Position numbers and translations under genes: made by a program. Under the pieces are notes generated by a model. The model ran no database searches. It worked only from the letters and a program-made list of their open reading frames with translations, and was not told where the DNA came from. From NCBI RefSeq assembly GCF_004010195.1, contig NC_057750.1:994166-1041971 (forward strand): DNA of 47,806 nucleotides, in the 5' to 3' direction. This DNA comes from Chiloscyllium plagiosum (taxonomy: Eukaryota). This document shows positions 11,916-23,833 of this stretch, in pieces. The stretch's first letter is position 1, and every line of letters starts with the position of its first letter.

Positions 11916-12588
11916 ATGATTCTCAAATTTGCCAAGAAGGTTTAGAAAAAAGAAAAAGGTCATACTTTTAGAATTAACAAATAAGTTAGATTTGGGTCTA
12001 ACCAAGGACAGAGGTAAAGCTGAAATTGTAAGGGCATTACTGAAACACTTAGGTATATCAGAGAAACAGACAACTGCAGTAGAGATAGAAAAACTTAAAT
12101 TACAATTGAGGAAAATGGAGTGAGAAGACAAACAAAGGGAGAGAGAAAGATAAAGAGAGAGAGAAGGGAAAGAGAGAGAGGAAAAAGAGAAAGACAGAAA
12201 GATCTTAGCTGAGCAAAGAGAGAGAAGAAAGGGAGAGAGAAAGAGAGAGACGAGAGAGAGAGAGGAAAAGAAAGAGAAGGTTCTTAGCTGAGCAAAATGA
12301 GAGAAAATTTGAACTTGAGAAGTTGCAACTTAGTCAGCAAAGTCAAGTTAACAGGATCGAGATTAAAAGAGAAAGTAGTTATATATTCGAAAATGAGAAA
12401 ACTCTGCCACATTTTGATGAGAAAGATGTTGAAGCCTTCTATACTTCATTTGAAAAATTGGCTCGGCAGATGGAGTGGTCTGAGGTAATGCTAGTTCAGA
12501 CTAAACTGGTAAGCAGAGCTAGTGAAGTATTTAGCGCGCTGTCAGATGAGGGGTCAAGTGATTATGAAGAGGTTAAACAGGCTATTTT
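11916..12588 (+). pseudogene. gag: Gypsy gag, N-terminal part (includes GA-rich coiled-coil-coding tract 12120-12300)
   Basis: LPHFDEKDVEAFYTSFEKLARQMEW...DYEEVKQAIL. Confidence 0.85.
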
Positions 12589-12739
12589 GGGGACCCAAGA
12601 TGGCGATCCAAGATGGGGATTCAAGCTTCACACCACAGTGCAAGCGGGACAAACATTTAACTCACCCTACCCAGACCACCATGATATCCTGGGACTTTGG
12701 AAAGGTAGTGGAGTCCCAGGAAACTGTGAAGAATCAACT

Positions 12740-13530
12740 TACCTGGGTTTTTGCTGACCAGGGACGCTGAATAAGGGAGGAGGAGGAGTGTCCAAGGCTG
12801 GGCCCAGCCTGCAAGATCCTTGGACTCGATTTCTTACCAGGCCCTGGTGAACGAGCTTACAAGGTCTCGTGAGATGTTGAGCAAGTAGGTAGAGGAGAAG
12901 CTGGCCCCGATCTCTCTCATGCTGCAGAAGCATGACCAACAGCTGGGAGACCTGGAGTAAAGGACGGATGAGGTGGAACACAGGGTCACAGTAGTGGAAG
13001 CTGATACCAGTTCCTCCAAGGATAGGATCCAAGCCCTGGAGATGCAGGTCCGTAATTTGTGTGACCAAGTTGATGACTTCAAGAAAAGGGGCAGGAGAAA
13101 AAATATTTGGATCGTCGGTCTGCTGGAAAGTGAGGAATTTATTGCTGAAATTCCTTAACTTGGAGACAGGAATGAGAGGGCTCACTGGGTCACGGTGCAG
13201 AGGTCAGGTCTGGGTCAACGTCCTTGACCTTTCCTGGTATGGTTTCATCACTATAGAGATAAGGAGAGAATCGTGGAAGCTTCCAGAATCCAGGGGAAGA
13301 ATCCAAAGGCCCTAATTTACCAGGACTCTAAGATCATGTTCTTCCAGGATTTCTCAGCGGCAGTGATCCAGAAACGAAAATGTCATGATGGTATCAAGAG
13401 AAGATTGAGGGAGCTTGGGATCCAGTACTTTCTGAGGGATCCGGCAGTGCTCTGGATAACCTTGGATGGATCCGTGTATCTCTTTGACATGTCAGAGAAG
13501 GCAAGAGACTTTGTGGACAAACTAATTTAA
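12740..13530 (+). pseudogene. L1 ORF1p remnant
   Basis: Coiled coil then RGRRKNIWIVGLLE; IMFFQDFSAAVIQKRK; frameshifted. Confidence 0.85.
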
Positions 13531-14168
13531 TCTGAACAATTTAGTATGTGCAAATAGTAGTATTGTTTGGGTATGTCTCTGTTTTTTCTTTAAAGAAAAG
13601 AAGTCTGGCCGTGGCTTTCTTTTCCTATCTTTTTTATTGGTAATAATCTGATCTAAACTATGTCGCATGGCGGTTGAGATGTGTACTTTCAATTTCGAAG
13701 TTAAGTTATACCAAAGGATGGGTGGAGCACTTACCCTTCTTTATTCAAAATTTCTTTATTCATATTGCTATTCCATGATATATTTTCTTTCTTTTCTGCT
13801 TGTGTTTGTGGTGTGGCTTGAGCTAGGAGGAGGGAAAATGTTTGGGATGGCTAGATGCCTACTTACGGCCAGTTTATACCCAGTTCAGGTATTTAAATGC
13901 TTGGGCTGTGGACTTGGCAGTGGGATGGGAAACTGGGCTTTGGGATGGGTAGTTGCCCCATTTGGGTAGGGGGTGGGTTGGTGGTATTTATATTAGTTTG
14001 TTTTTTGGTTTTTGTTGTACATATTCTTTGATAGCTTTGTGGGTTTGTTAAATGTAGTGTTTTTTCTTTATGTAGATTTTATGTTCGATGGATCTTGTGA
14101 CACTAAGGCTCAGCGATTTGTGGTTCCAGTTCCTCCTCTCTGGAATCTAAATGTTACTGCAGAAGGTT

Positions 14169-15835
14169 ATGGCTAATGATTTGATTAAGTACCTGGAACA
14201 TCAAGTGGTGTCACTCACCAATTAAAAGGAAGGAGGTACTTTCGAGTCTTAGAAAGGAAAAGGTGGGTATTGCTTTATTACAGGACACATACTTGGATGA
14301 TAGGGAGCATTTGAAACTACAGCAGAATGGTTTTGATCGGGTTTACTTTTCATCTTTTAATACCAGAAGTAGGGGAGTGGCTATATTGGTTAGGAGGAAT
14401 CTCCCATTTAAGTTACTTGAGTGTGTTAAAGACACACAAGGGAGGTTTGTAATTCTCAAAGCCCTGATAAACGGGGAAGAATATAATGTTTTAAATGTTT
14501 ATTGCCATCTGGCCCACCCCCTCAAATTTCTGGTAGGTGCATTCTCTAAACCGATCAGTCTCAAGTCCCAGCATATCATTATAGGGGGAGATTTTAATTG
14601 TCTCATGGATCCCACCGTAGACAGGTTGCCCGAAGGCCCCCCAGGACATTAAAAACAATCATCTAAGCTTGCTTTTATCCTACGTGAGTGATTGGGCCTG
14701 TGGGGCCCATATCAATATGGTTAGATATCGAAACCTCTCAGGCAGGGTGCCGTCTTACTAGCTTGTTGTTTTTGGACAAAATGAGGACTGTTAGGGAATA
14801 TTGCCATAACCCAATAGTTATCATCACTGTTAAAGCATGGAGGGCAATTTGGCAGAGGGAAGGCAATATTAGCAAAACATCTTCTCTTACACCTATAGTG
14901 GTGGGCATGTCGGGTTTTCAACCGGGGATGATAGATTCAGGATTCAAACAATCTAGGGGTGTGTCTTGCATGGGCAATTTATTCGAGGGAGACACAACAA
15001 TGGCCTTTGATCAGTCAGCACAGAAATATGAACTATCTAACAGGGACCTCTTTCATTTTTTTCAAGTTAGGAATTTTATTCAAAAAAAGACTACACTTTT
15101 GACCGATCCCTACAAATCCAACATAGAGAGGAGGGTGCTAAGTGGTAAGAGTACACTTTCTGTTAGCACTTTATATCATCAATTGATATAATTGATATCA
15201 ACTGAGGGTCGCCCCCTCAGATGAGTTTGATTGACTCTGCAGGGTGTGGGAGAGAGAGCTAGGCATTGAGGTTTCCTCACAGAGGCATGGGAAGATATTT
15301 GGGAAAACACAAGAAAGATATCAATTTGCAATAGGACCCATGTTTTACAGTTGAAAATTCTCCACAGGATCCACTTGGCTCCGGATCATTTGTCAAAATT
15401 TAAACCAGGGGTATCTTCAACACGCCCCAAGTGCATGGTTGGTACGGGCACTCTTACCCATTGTCTCTGGTCCTGTGGTAGGCTTCAAACATACTGGAGC
15501 GCTGTGGCGGCTGCAATGGAGGGGATTTTGTGTGTGAGGGTGGAGAAGGACCCGATCTCTCTTCCTCTTGGCCAGTCCAGTGTGTTCCCTGTAGATGCGC
15601 AAAAGAAAAATCTATTCAACGTCCTCACTTTGTGCGCAAGAAAGAATATCTTGCTAGGTTGAGTTTCTGAAAATCCCCTGGGCCTGTTGAGTTGGTGGAA
15701 GATTGTTATGGAGCAGATCCCCTTGGATTTTCTGACAAGTATGATACACCACAAACTGAGAATTTCTATAAGACACGGTGGCCCTTATTGGAATATCTGG
15801 GCATAGGTTTGTCTGCCACACTAACAAGGGCTTTA
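14169..15835 (+). pseudogene. L1 ORF2p remnant: APE endonuclease fused by deletion to the C-terminal region
   Basis: TWNIK...IALLQDT...RGVAIL...IIIGGDFN, then C-terminal KILHRIHLAP...PKC...GTLTHCLWSC; no RT motifs. Confidence 0.88.
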
Positions 15836-16206
15836 ATATAGCTGTACCGATTGTGTTTTACGAGTCCAATATCCACAGAGGGAGAACTGCGAACATATGA
15901 ATATGTGAAAATTAATGCTCTCGATATGCAAGAGTGAGTGTTTTGTTTGGCTGAGCTGAGTTATTATTGTTTATTAGTTTGTTGTTGGTTATTATTTATT
16001 CAGTTAAGTAGTTAGTTGGAGTTTTTTAAAATATATATATTTCTCTATATATGTTTATACATTTGTACATGAGGGCAGTTTTGATTTTTTACATTTTTTT
16101 GGTGTTCTTTCTTTGTACTATTTTGAACTGTATTGTTTTGTATTTGTTGTAATATTAAAAAATCTATTTTTCAATAAAAATATATTTTTAAAAAACAGAC
16201 TATTTT

Positions 16207-16720
16207 AAGTGCTTATGGATTGCTATCAGAAGCGTATAGACCTCAGTTCAGAAACACAAAGAAGAAACCAGGTCAGACTTATGTTGAGTTTGAAAGAATT
16301 AAACATAGTCATTTTGATCGATGGATGTGAGCCTTAAAGATAGGTAAGACCTATGAGGCTCTGGAGAGATTATTCTGCTGGAGGAGTTTAAAAACTCAGT
16401 TCCAGAGATGATAAGAATTCACGTGGAGGAACAGAAAGTTCCGGAACTGAGAAGGACAGCAGAATTAGCAGATGAGTATATGTTTGTACATAAGACAAGC
16501 TTCCAGCCAGAATTTCGTCCTGTGACAGAAAGAAGTTAGGAGAAGGTGGGGGGGGGGGGATCCTTGACTACTAAACCAAGAGTAGAGAGCACTGGTAAGA
16601 GTTTAGCATAGGATAAAAAAGAAGCTCAAGAGGGTGGAAAGGAGGTGAAAGGCCTCAGGTGTTTCCCCTGTGGGAAAGTGGGACACGTAAAGTCACAGTT
16701 CTGGTCGTTAAAGAAAGGTA
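16207..16720 (+). pseudogene. gag: Gypsy gag, C-terminal part: SCAN-like capsid domain and zinc knuckle
   Basis: IILLEEFKNSVPEMIRIHVEEQKVPELRRTAELADEY; CFPCGKVGHVKSQFW. Confidence 0.85.
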
Positions 16721-16869
16721 TGGTGGGAAAGATGTGGTAAAAAGAAGCTGAGCCAGTGGCATTAGTGAAGGGAGTAAAGGAGACCCCATGAAGAGCCGAG
16801 GAGCTGCAGGAGAGAGCACAGCCTCGGCAGGGGCTGGGTATGGAGTTAGTACCTGATCTCTACAAATAA

Positions 16870-17190
16870 TTTGTGGGCAAAGTTTACCCGGAAAGAATAG
16901 GGGGAGAAGGACAACAAGTTATCATTTTGAGAGATCCAGGATCTAACCAATTGCTGATAGTAAGAAATGAGTGAAAATGCACTCTTTCTGATCTGTAACC
17001 CGCGAGTGTGGTAATTTGTGGGATAGATGGACAGAAATTTAGCGTTCCCCTATGTAAGATCAGGCTGGAGTGCCAACTCAAGACTGAGGAAGTTACAGTG
17101 GGAGTGATTGACAGAGTGTCAGTTCCAGGAACTCAGTTTGCTCTTGGGAATGATTTGGCAGGATCCATGGTGGGAGTGACACCCCTCCCT
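16870..17190 (+). pseudogene. Gypsy aspartic protease remnant
   Basis: IILRDPGSNQ (decayed DTG) ... GTQFALGNDLAG. Confidence 0.8.
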
Positions 17191-17579
17191 TGTTGTGGAG
17201 AAGCTCAAGGAAGACCAAGAAGCTGAGGAGTTAAAACAGAAATATCCTGGTATTTTCCCACACTGTGTAATAACCAGATCCCACTATCATAAATCACAGC
17301 ATGAAGCAAAAACTAAACGTAAAGATGAAGGAGTTGAGGTTCAGTTAGCGGACACCCTGTTTGATGTAATGGTGTTCGGAAAAACCTGAACAGGTAGAGG
17401 GTCAGACAGAAGTATTTAGTCCTGAAAGGCGAAGGGACTTGCAACAGCAAGACAAGATGATAAAAGATGTATATGTGGATGCGTACTCCGAAAAGCAGGC
17501 AGAGAATATTCCGGAGGGTTATTAACTGAAAGATAAAATCCTAAGACTGAAATGGAGACCACGGCAGGTTAGTGCAGAG

Positions 17580-18236
17580 GAGAAATGGGCCGAAGTGCAT
17601 CAGACTGTGTTGCCAGGAGCATACAGACAGGAAGTGTTAGGGGTAGCACATGAACTCCCTGTAGGAGGTCACTGAGGGGTATGAAAGACTCAGGCAAAAG
17701 TACAAAAATATTTTTATTGGCCTGGACTGCACAAGGATGTGGTTAACTTTTGCCGTACGTGTCATAAATGCCATATGGTGGATAAGCCACAGGCGGTAAT
17801 AAAACCAGTACCTTTGTTGCTAATTCCTGCATTTGAAGAACTTTTCACACGGGTTATAATTGATTGTGTGGGCCCCCTCCTGAGATCTAAAAATGGGAAC
17901 CAGTATTTGTTAACCATAACGGATGGGTCTCCCAGATTTCCGGAGACAATTCCATTACGGAGTATCAAGGCAAAAAGGGTGGTAGAGGAGTTAGTAGCTT
18001 TCTTCACACAGTATCGGCTACCCAGAGAGATTAGTCTGACCAAGGGTCAAATTTTACTGCTAGGCTGTTTAAGGAAGTCATGGATAGCTTAGATATACAG
18101 CACTTTAATCCCAGTATGTATCATCCTGAATCCCAGGGAGCTTTAGAACGGTAGCATTAGACTTTGAAGACCATGTTGAGAGCATCCTGTCAGGATTAAC
18201 AGAATGTTTGGGATAAAGGTATCCCATTCGTATTGT
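17580..18236 (+). pseudogene. Gypsy integrase remnant (HHCC plus catalytic core)
   Basis: AHELPVGGH...FYWPGLHKDVVNFCRTCHKC; IIDCVGPL; YHPESQGALER. Confidence 0.9.
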
Positions 18237-18325
18237 TAATGGGTTTCATGCTGTACCACTCTATGACTGTATAACATAATGGATTAATGGGTTCCATGTT
18301 GTATATCTCTATGACTGTATAACTT
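18237..18325 (+). repeat. Tandemly duplicated HER1/HE1-like tail
   Basis: aatgggtt(t/c)catg(c/t)tgta...ctctatgactgtataac occurs twice. Confidence 0.7.
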
Positions 18326-18469
18326 AGTGGGTTTCAGTTTGTGAGTTCCCACAGACAAGAGCTCATTACTAGCTGGTCAGTCCACTGTCAAACTCCCCAA
18401 AAGGAACCTGGGCAAGTTGCTGCAGCACATCATGTTGATTGTTACCTCTGGAGAATGCCCAATTATTTT

Positions 18470-18742
18470 TCAAATTGCTCTGCTGCACCTTCAGCTGCCT
18501 GAGCCATAATCTCTGAAATCCCCTTCCTAAAGTGCTGTCCCTCCACCTCCCTCTCCTGCTCTAAGCCGCTTTGAAAAACTTACCTCTTTTGCCAATTACT
18601 TACGCTCATTGCACTTAAAATCAGACTTAAAACCTCCTTACGTGGCTCAGAATCAAATTTTGTTCCACAAGCACTCCAGCGATGCTGCTTGGGAGGTTTT
18701 GGTAAAAGCTGACGGCTTCATACAAAAGCAGGTTGCAGTTCG
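18470..18742 (+). mobile_element. L2-like LINE 3' remnant
   Basis: ccttcagctgcctgagcc...ttgaaaaacttacctctttt...gcttcatacaaaagcaggttg. Confidence 0.45.
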
Positions 18743-20961
18743 GGATTGATGCAAATCCCCCACTTGTCATTCTGGGATGGCTCTGCTCAATATTGCTGGG
18801 GTCAGAGACAAAGGAAAGCTCCCACACTGGTGACAGCTGAACCCAAACCTCAAAAGAGACTCCTTTCTGCACCAGCGTGCCTTTGCTTTATCTCTCACCA
18901 TCTGTTTGATTTACTTTCCGAAATGCAAAATCACTACGCGCTGTGCCAAATGCTGGGCTGATTGTTTCGATTTGGGCTCTCATCCATTGTTAATTAAAGT
19001 ACTTCACAAAAATGCAGCAGAATGGTGCTCAACACAACTCCCACACCTTCTGTATTCTCTCATTTCCTCTTTCAATTTTGCAGATTTTGTTTAATCCGGA
19101 CACTACGTCCTGATTCAATTCCAACTTCCTTGTTGTTCTCAAACTTGGATCCTGTCCCACACCTTGGTCCTCAATTTAATGGGAATCTAGTCATGAGGAT
19201 GAAATTGCAGTATTTGTTAATAAGGCAAAGCCAGAGAAGATTAAAGACAGCCACAAACATGGACTGTGTTAATCGACAATTCTTTTGTTCAATCTGTCAA
19301 TCAGACAAAGATTCCTGGACTGGAAAAATCCATCAGGAAATCTCCAGCAGATGTGTACATTGGCCCAGTATTGACATGGAAACTCTGAATCAATACTAAC
19401 TGCAGTAATCTTGGAGTAATCTTGATTAGTTTGTGTGTGTCTCTCTCTGTCGTGGGACTGAGATTATGCATCACCTTCCTTTACAAGTAAACATCAACTT
19501 GTGCTTCAAATTGTGGTGAGATTTCTTTCCCATTTTAAGATGTTCTCTCCTCTTCTCTTCAGTCCCGTGGCCCAGGGAGGGGGAGAGCTGGACATTCAAC
19601 TTCAGGAGCACCACAGAAAAAAAAAACTCGGTGAAACTTGTAAAGATGCCTTCCAATAAAGTCGCATAAACTGCGTCAAAAAGTTCTCCCAAACATTTCA
19701 TGGCGTTTTTGGAAAATTATACAATATTGTCTCAAGGCGCCTTGATTATTCTTTTGAATATCGTTTATAAAGTTTACCTAAATTAAATTCTATTACTTTA
19801 ATTTTATCAGTTTTCTTTGAATTGCAGTGCGCAGATCTCACTGAAGTTGGCAATTTAGGGCAGCTATCCATCTCAACTCGTCTTTATCAATCTTTATTTT
19901 CCTTATCCTCTCACAATCAAACAGCAGGAAGCCAAGCTGCCATTTTTGAATTTGATTGTACTTTTTACAGCGGATTGGTTCCTGTTAGATTCCTGGACTG
20001 GAGCCAACTAACATTCTCTTCAGTCTCTGACCCTTTGGCGTCATTTCCAGCTTCACACCATTTGTTGATTCCTTCGTTACAATTGCTGGTCCCTGGAAAA
20101 CAGCAGATGGTGTTGTTCTTGGAGACGTGTTGAGTGAATGTGGGCTTTGGCCCACCGGATCAGAATGGAATATTTAATTGGATTAGTTAACAGCTTTTCT
20201 GGATAAAATGTGTGTTGTAATGTCTCTGGAAATACAATAGATTAAAAAAAACAAGAAAGAGATAAAATTGCCAACACAGTCCAAGTGCTGATGGGCATCA
20301 ATGTACATTATAATATCAAACAAAACTTCAGAACAATTTGACATCTCCTTGGTTCTATTCCACTTCAGAGCTGTTGAGTATGGGACTGAAGTTCAGTAAT
20401 AGAGTCTCATTATAATTGTTTTCTAAACTATTGAGATAATCAGGTGAAAACATTGAAAAGTTGAATGATTCCAACTGTCCCGCAATTCTTTCAGCCAGGA
20501 GGAATGAGCTTTCTGCTTTTAAGATCAAAACCAGAACTTTTTAAAGATTCTGTTTCTCCGAACTATAGGATTCACAACGTCATTAGCTGCCTCTTGGACC
20601 ACACTCAGTGCCCAGGTCACAACCTCTCTCTATGCCCCAATTAGGAAATTACTTCAGCTCAGGTTCATACCTCTCATTAACATGACAACCAAGATTGGAA
20701 ACTCCCTCAACAGGAACTTCTTGCCTTATTCTGTTAGTTACTTCTCCTTACTATGAGAATGCTGCAGTCGCTGTGAGTTGTTGGAGTGCTCTGGTTAGTA
20801 AACCTTTTTTGCAAAGTAGTTTAGACCCTCCCCTACAGAAGCTAATTAGCTAACTCTCAATGGGAGCTCTGATCAGTTACAATGATCCAAGAGAGATCTG
20901 AGTGTGTTGTCCAGCTTTGCAGGATGACATTAATTTCCCAGGAGCAGGCAACATTGTAGAT

Positions 20962-21063
20962 CACTGTCAGCATGGTCCATGTGCGATTCTCCATTGTCAT
21001 TGTCGGCATGGTCATTGTCATTGTAAGGCACTGTCAGCATTGCCCATGTGCGATTCTCCATTG
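20962..21063. repeat. Two 35-bp direct repeats separated by a spacer built of sub-repeats
   Basis: cactgtcagcat..ccatgtgcgattctccattg at 20962-20996 and 21029-21063. Confidence 0.85.
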
Positions 21064-21394
21064 ATATCAGTAAACATAGGAACAGGATGAAACCAGTTAA
21101 GTCTCAAGCCTGTTCTACCATTGAGTGGCTGATCTGTGATCAAATTCCATAAATCGTCCTTTGCCCCAAATTCCTTCAAAATTTTTGGGATCAAAAATTG
21201 ATCAATCTAAATTTTAAAATCAGGAATTGATCCAACACCTGTACATGTCATAAACATGTACAGCTCTTTGTTGTAACGTATTTTCTAATATCCACCTGAA
21301 AAGACTTTTTAGACTGCTGCTTAGTCATCAATCAGAGCAAATAGACTCGCTGTTTCTCTGTCCTAGCTGTTCCCCTTAATATCTTAAAACTGGG

Positions 21395-21547
21395 TCAAAA
21401 TCCTGGAACTGCCTCACTCCCAGCATTGGGGATGTAGTGACATCATGTTTATTGCAATGGTTCAAGATGGGAGCTTTCTCCAAGAGTAACTAGCGATAAA
21501 TATTAGCCCAGTCAGCAATGCCCACATCCCGTGAATGAATTAAAAAA
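21395..21547 (+). mobile_element. CR1/L2-superfamily LINE 3' tail
   Basis: aaatcctggaactgcctc...gcccacatcccgtgaatgaattaaaaa. Confidence 0.7.
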
Positions 21548-21679
21548 TCGTTGTGATTAAATCACTCCTTTATCTAAATTTCAGGGAATTTCAGCTTGAG
21601 TTTGTGCAAACTTTCCTTATAATTTAACTCTTGTATTTTAGGAATCATTCTCACAGACAAGCACTATATTGGGTGTAAA

Positions 21680-22172
21680 ACCTTCTTTCTTTTTCAAGAA
21701 GTACATACACATAGTCCCTAAAGCAGTTCAGTTCTGTACTGTAGCTTATGAAAAATCAAGCAAACATTGGGATTTGACTCTATCCAACAAACAAACCAAA
21801 GGCACTACTTACTTGTACAAGATTATATGTACACATATTTGAGGAACCAGGAGGGTCCAATAACTGAACAAACCCCATTTACCTTCAACAGGAAGGCCTC
21901 AGATGGTGGTCTTTCCCCACTCTGCCTTGACAGCAGCTGCCCCAAGCTTTAGTGCGTCCCTCAGCACGTAGTCCTGGACCTTGGTATGTGCCAGTCTCCA
22001 ACACCCGGTCAGAGTCAGCTTCTCTCTCTGGAAGACCGACAGGTTTCAGGTAGACCAAAGAGCATCTTTCACTGAGTTAGTGGCACGGTCAATATTTGTC
22101 TCAGTATGCATCCTGGGGAACAGCCTGTAGAGCACAGAGTCCCGCGTCACAGAGTTGCTGGGAACAGACTTC
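21680..22172 (-). mobile_element. Tx1-clade LINE 3' fragment
   Basis: Antisense encodes SVTRDSVLYRLFP...NSVKDALWS...RLAHTKVQDYVLRDALK...WGKTT. Confidence 0.75.
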
Positions 22173-22177
22173 AACAC

Positions 22178-22873
22178 TGTTACAACACAGCAGTGGACTC
22201 TTCTGCTAATTAAACCAAATGCATAGAAAAGCTTAACTCGCCTCGAACTCCCTAAATTCCACTATTTAAAGAAACATTAAACAGCAACTATTTACAACTC
22301 TAAACCTCCTTTCTCTTCAAGGTCTGTTATCTACCTGCAGCTCTATAACAATATACTGAGCCAGGAAAAGCTCCATTAAAACTACATCAACTTAATTTTC
22401 AAAACCAGACAGTGACTGTCATTGTCGGGGTCGCTCTCCTGCTGTAGATCTCCCTGGGTCATCTTCGGGTCTTTTTCTGCAAAGATGTTTCATATGAAAA
22501 GGGTCCCGTTTGATAGAGAATGTTTTGGATGGCAGTCTCTCTCTCTCTCTCTCTAGATGGCAGGTGGCTCTCTAGCTTTCAAAATGTCTGGGTTTTTTTT
22601 AATATCCCAAACATCAAATCATCTCATTGGTTCAATATTGTCAAAACAGTAAAATTTAAATTTAAGTAGGTTTTAGTATCCTGGGGCATAATTTAAACTG
22701 ATTGGTCAAATTCGAACTGTCATGGACATAGCTGTCAAATGTTACATCTTTTCAATTTTCCAGTATACCCTGAGACTGCTCGTCAGTCACATGACAGGTG
22801 TTAGCAAGCTCTCAGAGCAAAACAGCCTTTAGTCTCTCTTAAAGGTACAGTACACTCCTTCAACTTCAGAACA
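22178..22873 (-). mobile_element. Solo LTR related to the Gmr1-type LTR
   Basis: TG...CA ends; shares gtacctttaagagag and aagcttttct...ggtttaa with 11033-11744; flanks acac/atac. Confidence 0.85.
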
Positions 22874-23530
22874 ATACAAACCACGGCATCTCTCACACTA
22901 TACTGCATGTAATACCTCTTTCCCAAGGTTGTTAAGAGCTGCCTTGTATGGTCTAACCAATCCTTCACAATCTCCACATTCATGTTGCAGTTCACACCTT
23001 TGTCATGCTGCCAGAATATTGATGCCTTTGTTTTTCTTTGTCAGACTAGAATCTGTGGAAGCTATTCTACCCAGGAATAAAATGTCAGTGTGAATTCACT
23101 GACTCCCCCACCCCCACCAAAAGAAGGCCCAGCAAAACTGAGGTGCCAACCAATCTCCGGCCCAAATTGTAAAGCAGCATTTGGAAATGATTCATTACCC
23201 AGGCCAAGGCTGCCACTTACATGAAGTTCACACTCCACAAAACCCGCAGCACATGGTCCTCAAAAACTAACAGATTGGATGGTGTCAAAGCCTTATGGAT
23301 ACGTCATTAACACTTCAGTAACTCCTCACTGAATAGTAATCACTTCTCTTCTTCAATTAACACTTCAGACATCTATGCACTACAAAATTCCCCAAAAAAC
23401 AAAGTTAACAATCTTTAGGATTATGGATCTGAGTGACAGCTGGTGGAATGTCTGAAAAGCACACATATACACAGCTGCTCGGGCAAACAGGAGGTTAATC
23501 GTGTCAAAACCAGAGATATGTTGCCAACAT

Positions 23531-23833
23531 GGGGTGGCACAGTGGCTCAGTGGTTAGCACTGCTGCCTCACAGCACCAGGGTCCCAGGTTCGATTCCAGC
23601 CTTAAGTGACTATCTGTGTGGAGTTTGCACTTTCTCCAGGATTCCTCCGGGTGCTCCGGTTTCCTCCCACAGTCCAAAGATGTGCAGATCAGGTGAACTG
23701 GCCATGCTAAATTGCCCATAGTGTTAGGTGCATTAGTCAGAGGGCAATGGGTCTGGGTGGGTTACTCTTCAGAGGGTCGGTGTGGACTGGTTGGACCGAA
23801 GGGTCTGTTTCCAGGGAATCTAATCTAATCTAA
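23531..23833 (+). mobile_element. HE1-type tRNA-derived SINE, near full length
   Basis: A box tggctcagtgg, B box ggttcgattcc, V-domain, HER1-like tail, (aatct)n end. Confidence 0.92.

Larger units (their letters stand above)
12589..16192 (+). mobile_element. L1-clade LINE with both ends but RT domain deleted, nested in Gypsy gag
   Basis: TSD aaacaggctatttt (12575-88) / aaacagactatttt (16193-206); aataaa 16173-78 plus A tail; ORF1 and ORF2 remnants. Confidence 0.92.
11033..18236 (+). mobile_element. Gmr1-clade Gypsy LTR retrotransposon, degraded and 3'-deleted (no RT, RNase H or 3' LTR)
   Basis: LTR + PBS + gag + protease, directly followed by integrase; many stops and frameshifts. Confidence 0.9.

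Noticed and set aside
11033..18236. Endogenous retrovirus, suggested by the MLV-like tRNA-Pro PBS
   Set aside because: Gag, protease and integrase motifs and the PR-IN order are Gypsy/Gmr1-like; no env seen.
20962..21063. 35-bp repeat / 32-bp spacer / 35-bp repeat resembling a mini CRISPR array
   Set aside because: Vertebrate context, only two units, spacer built from pieces of the repeat itself, no cas genes.
23531..23600. tRNA gene (A and B boxes)
   Set aside because: Head of an HE1 SINE, continuous with SINE body and tail; the same applies at 32303, 26850, 40400 and 42060.
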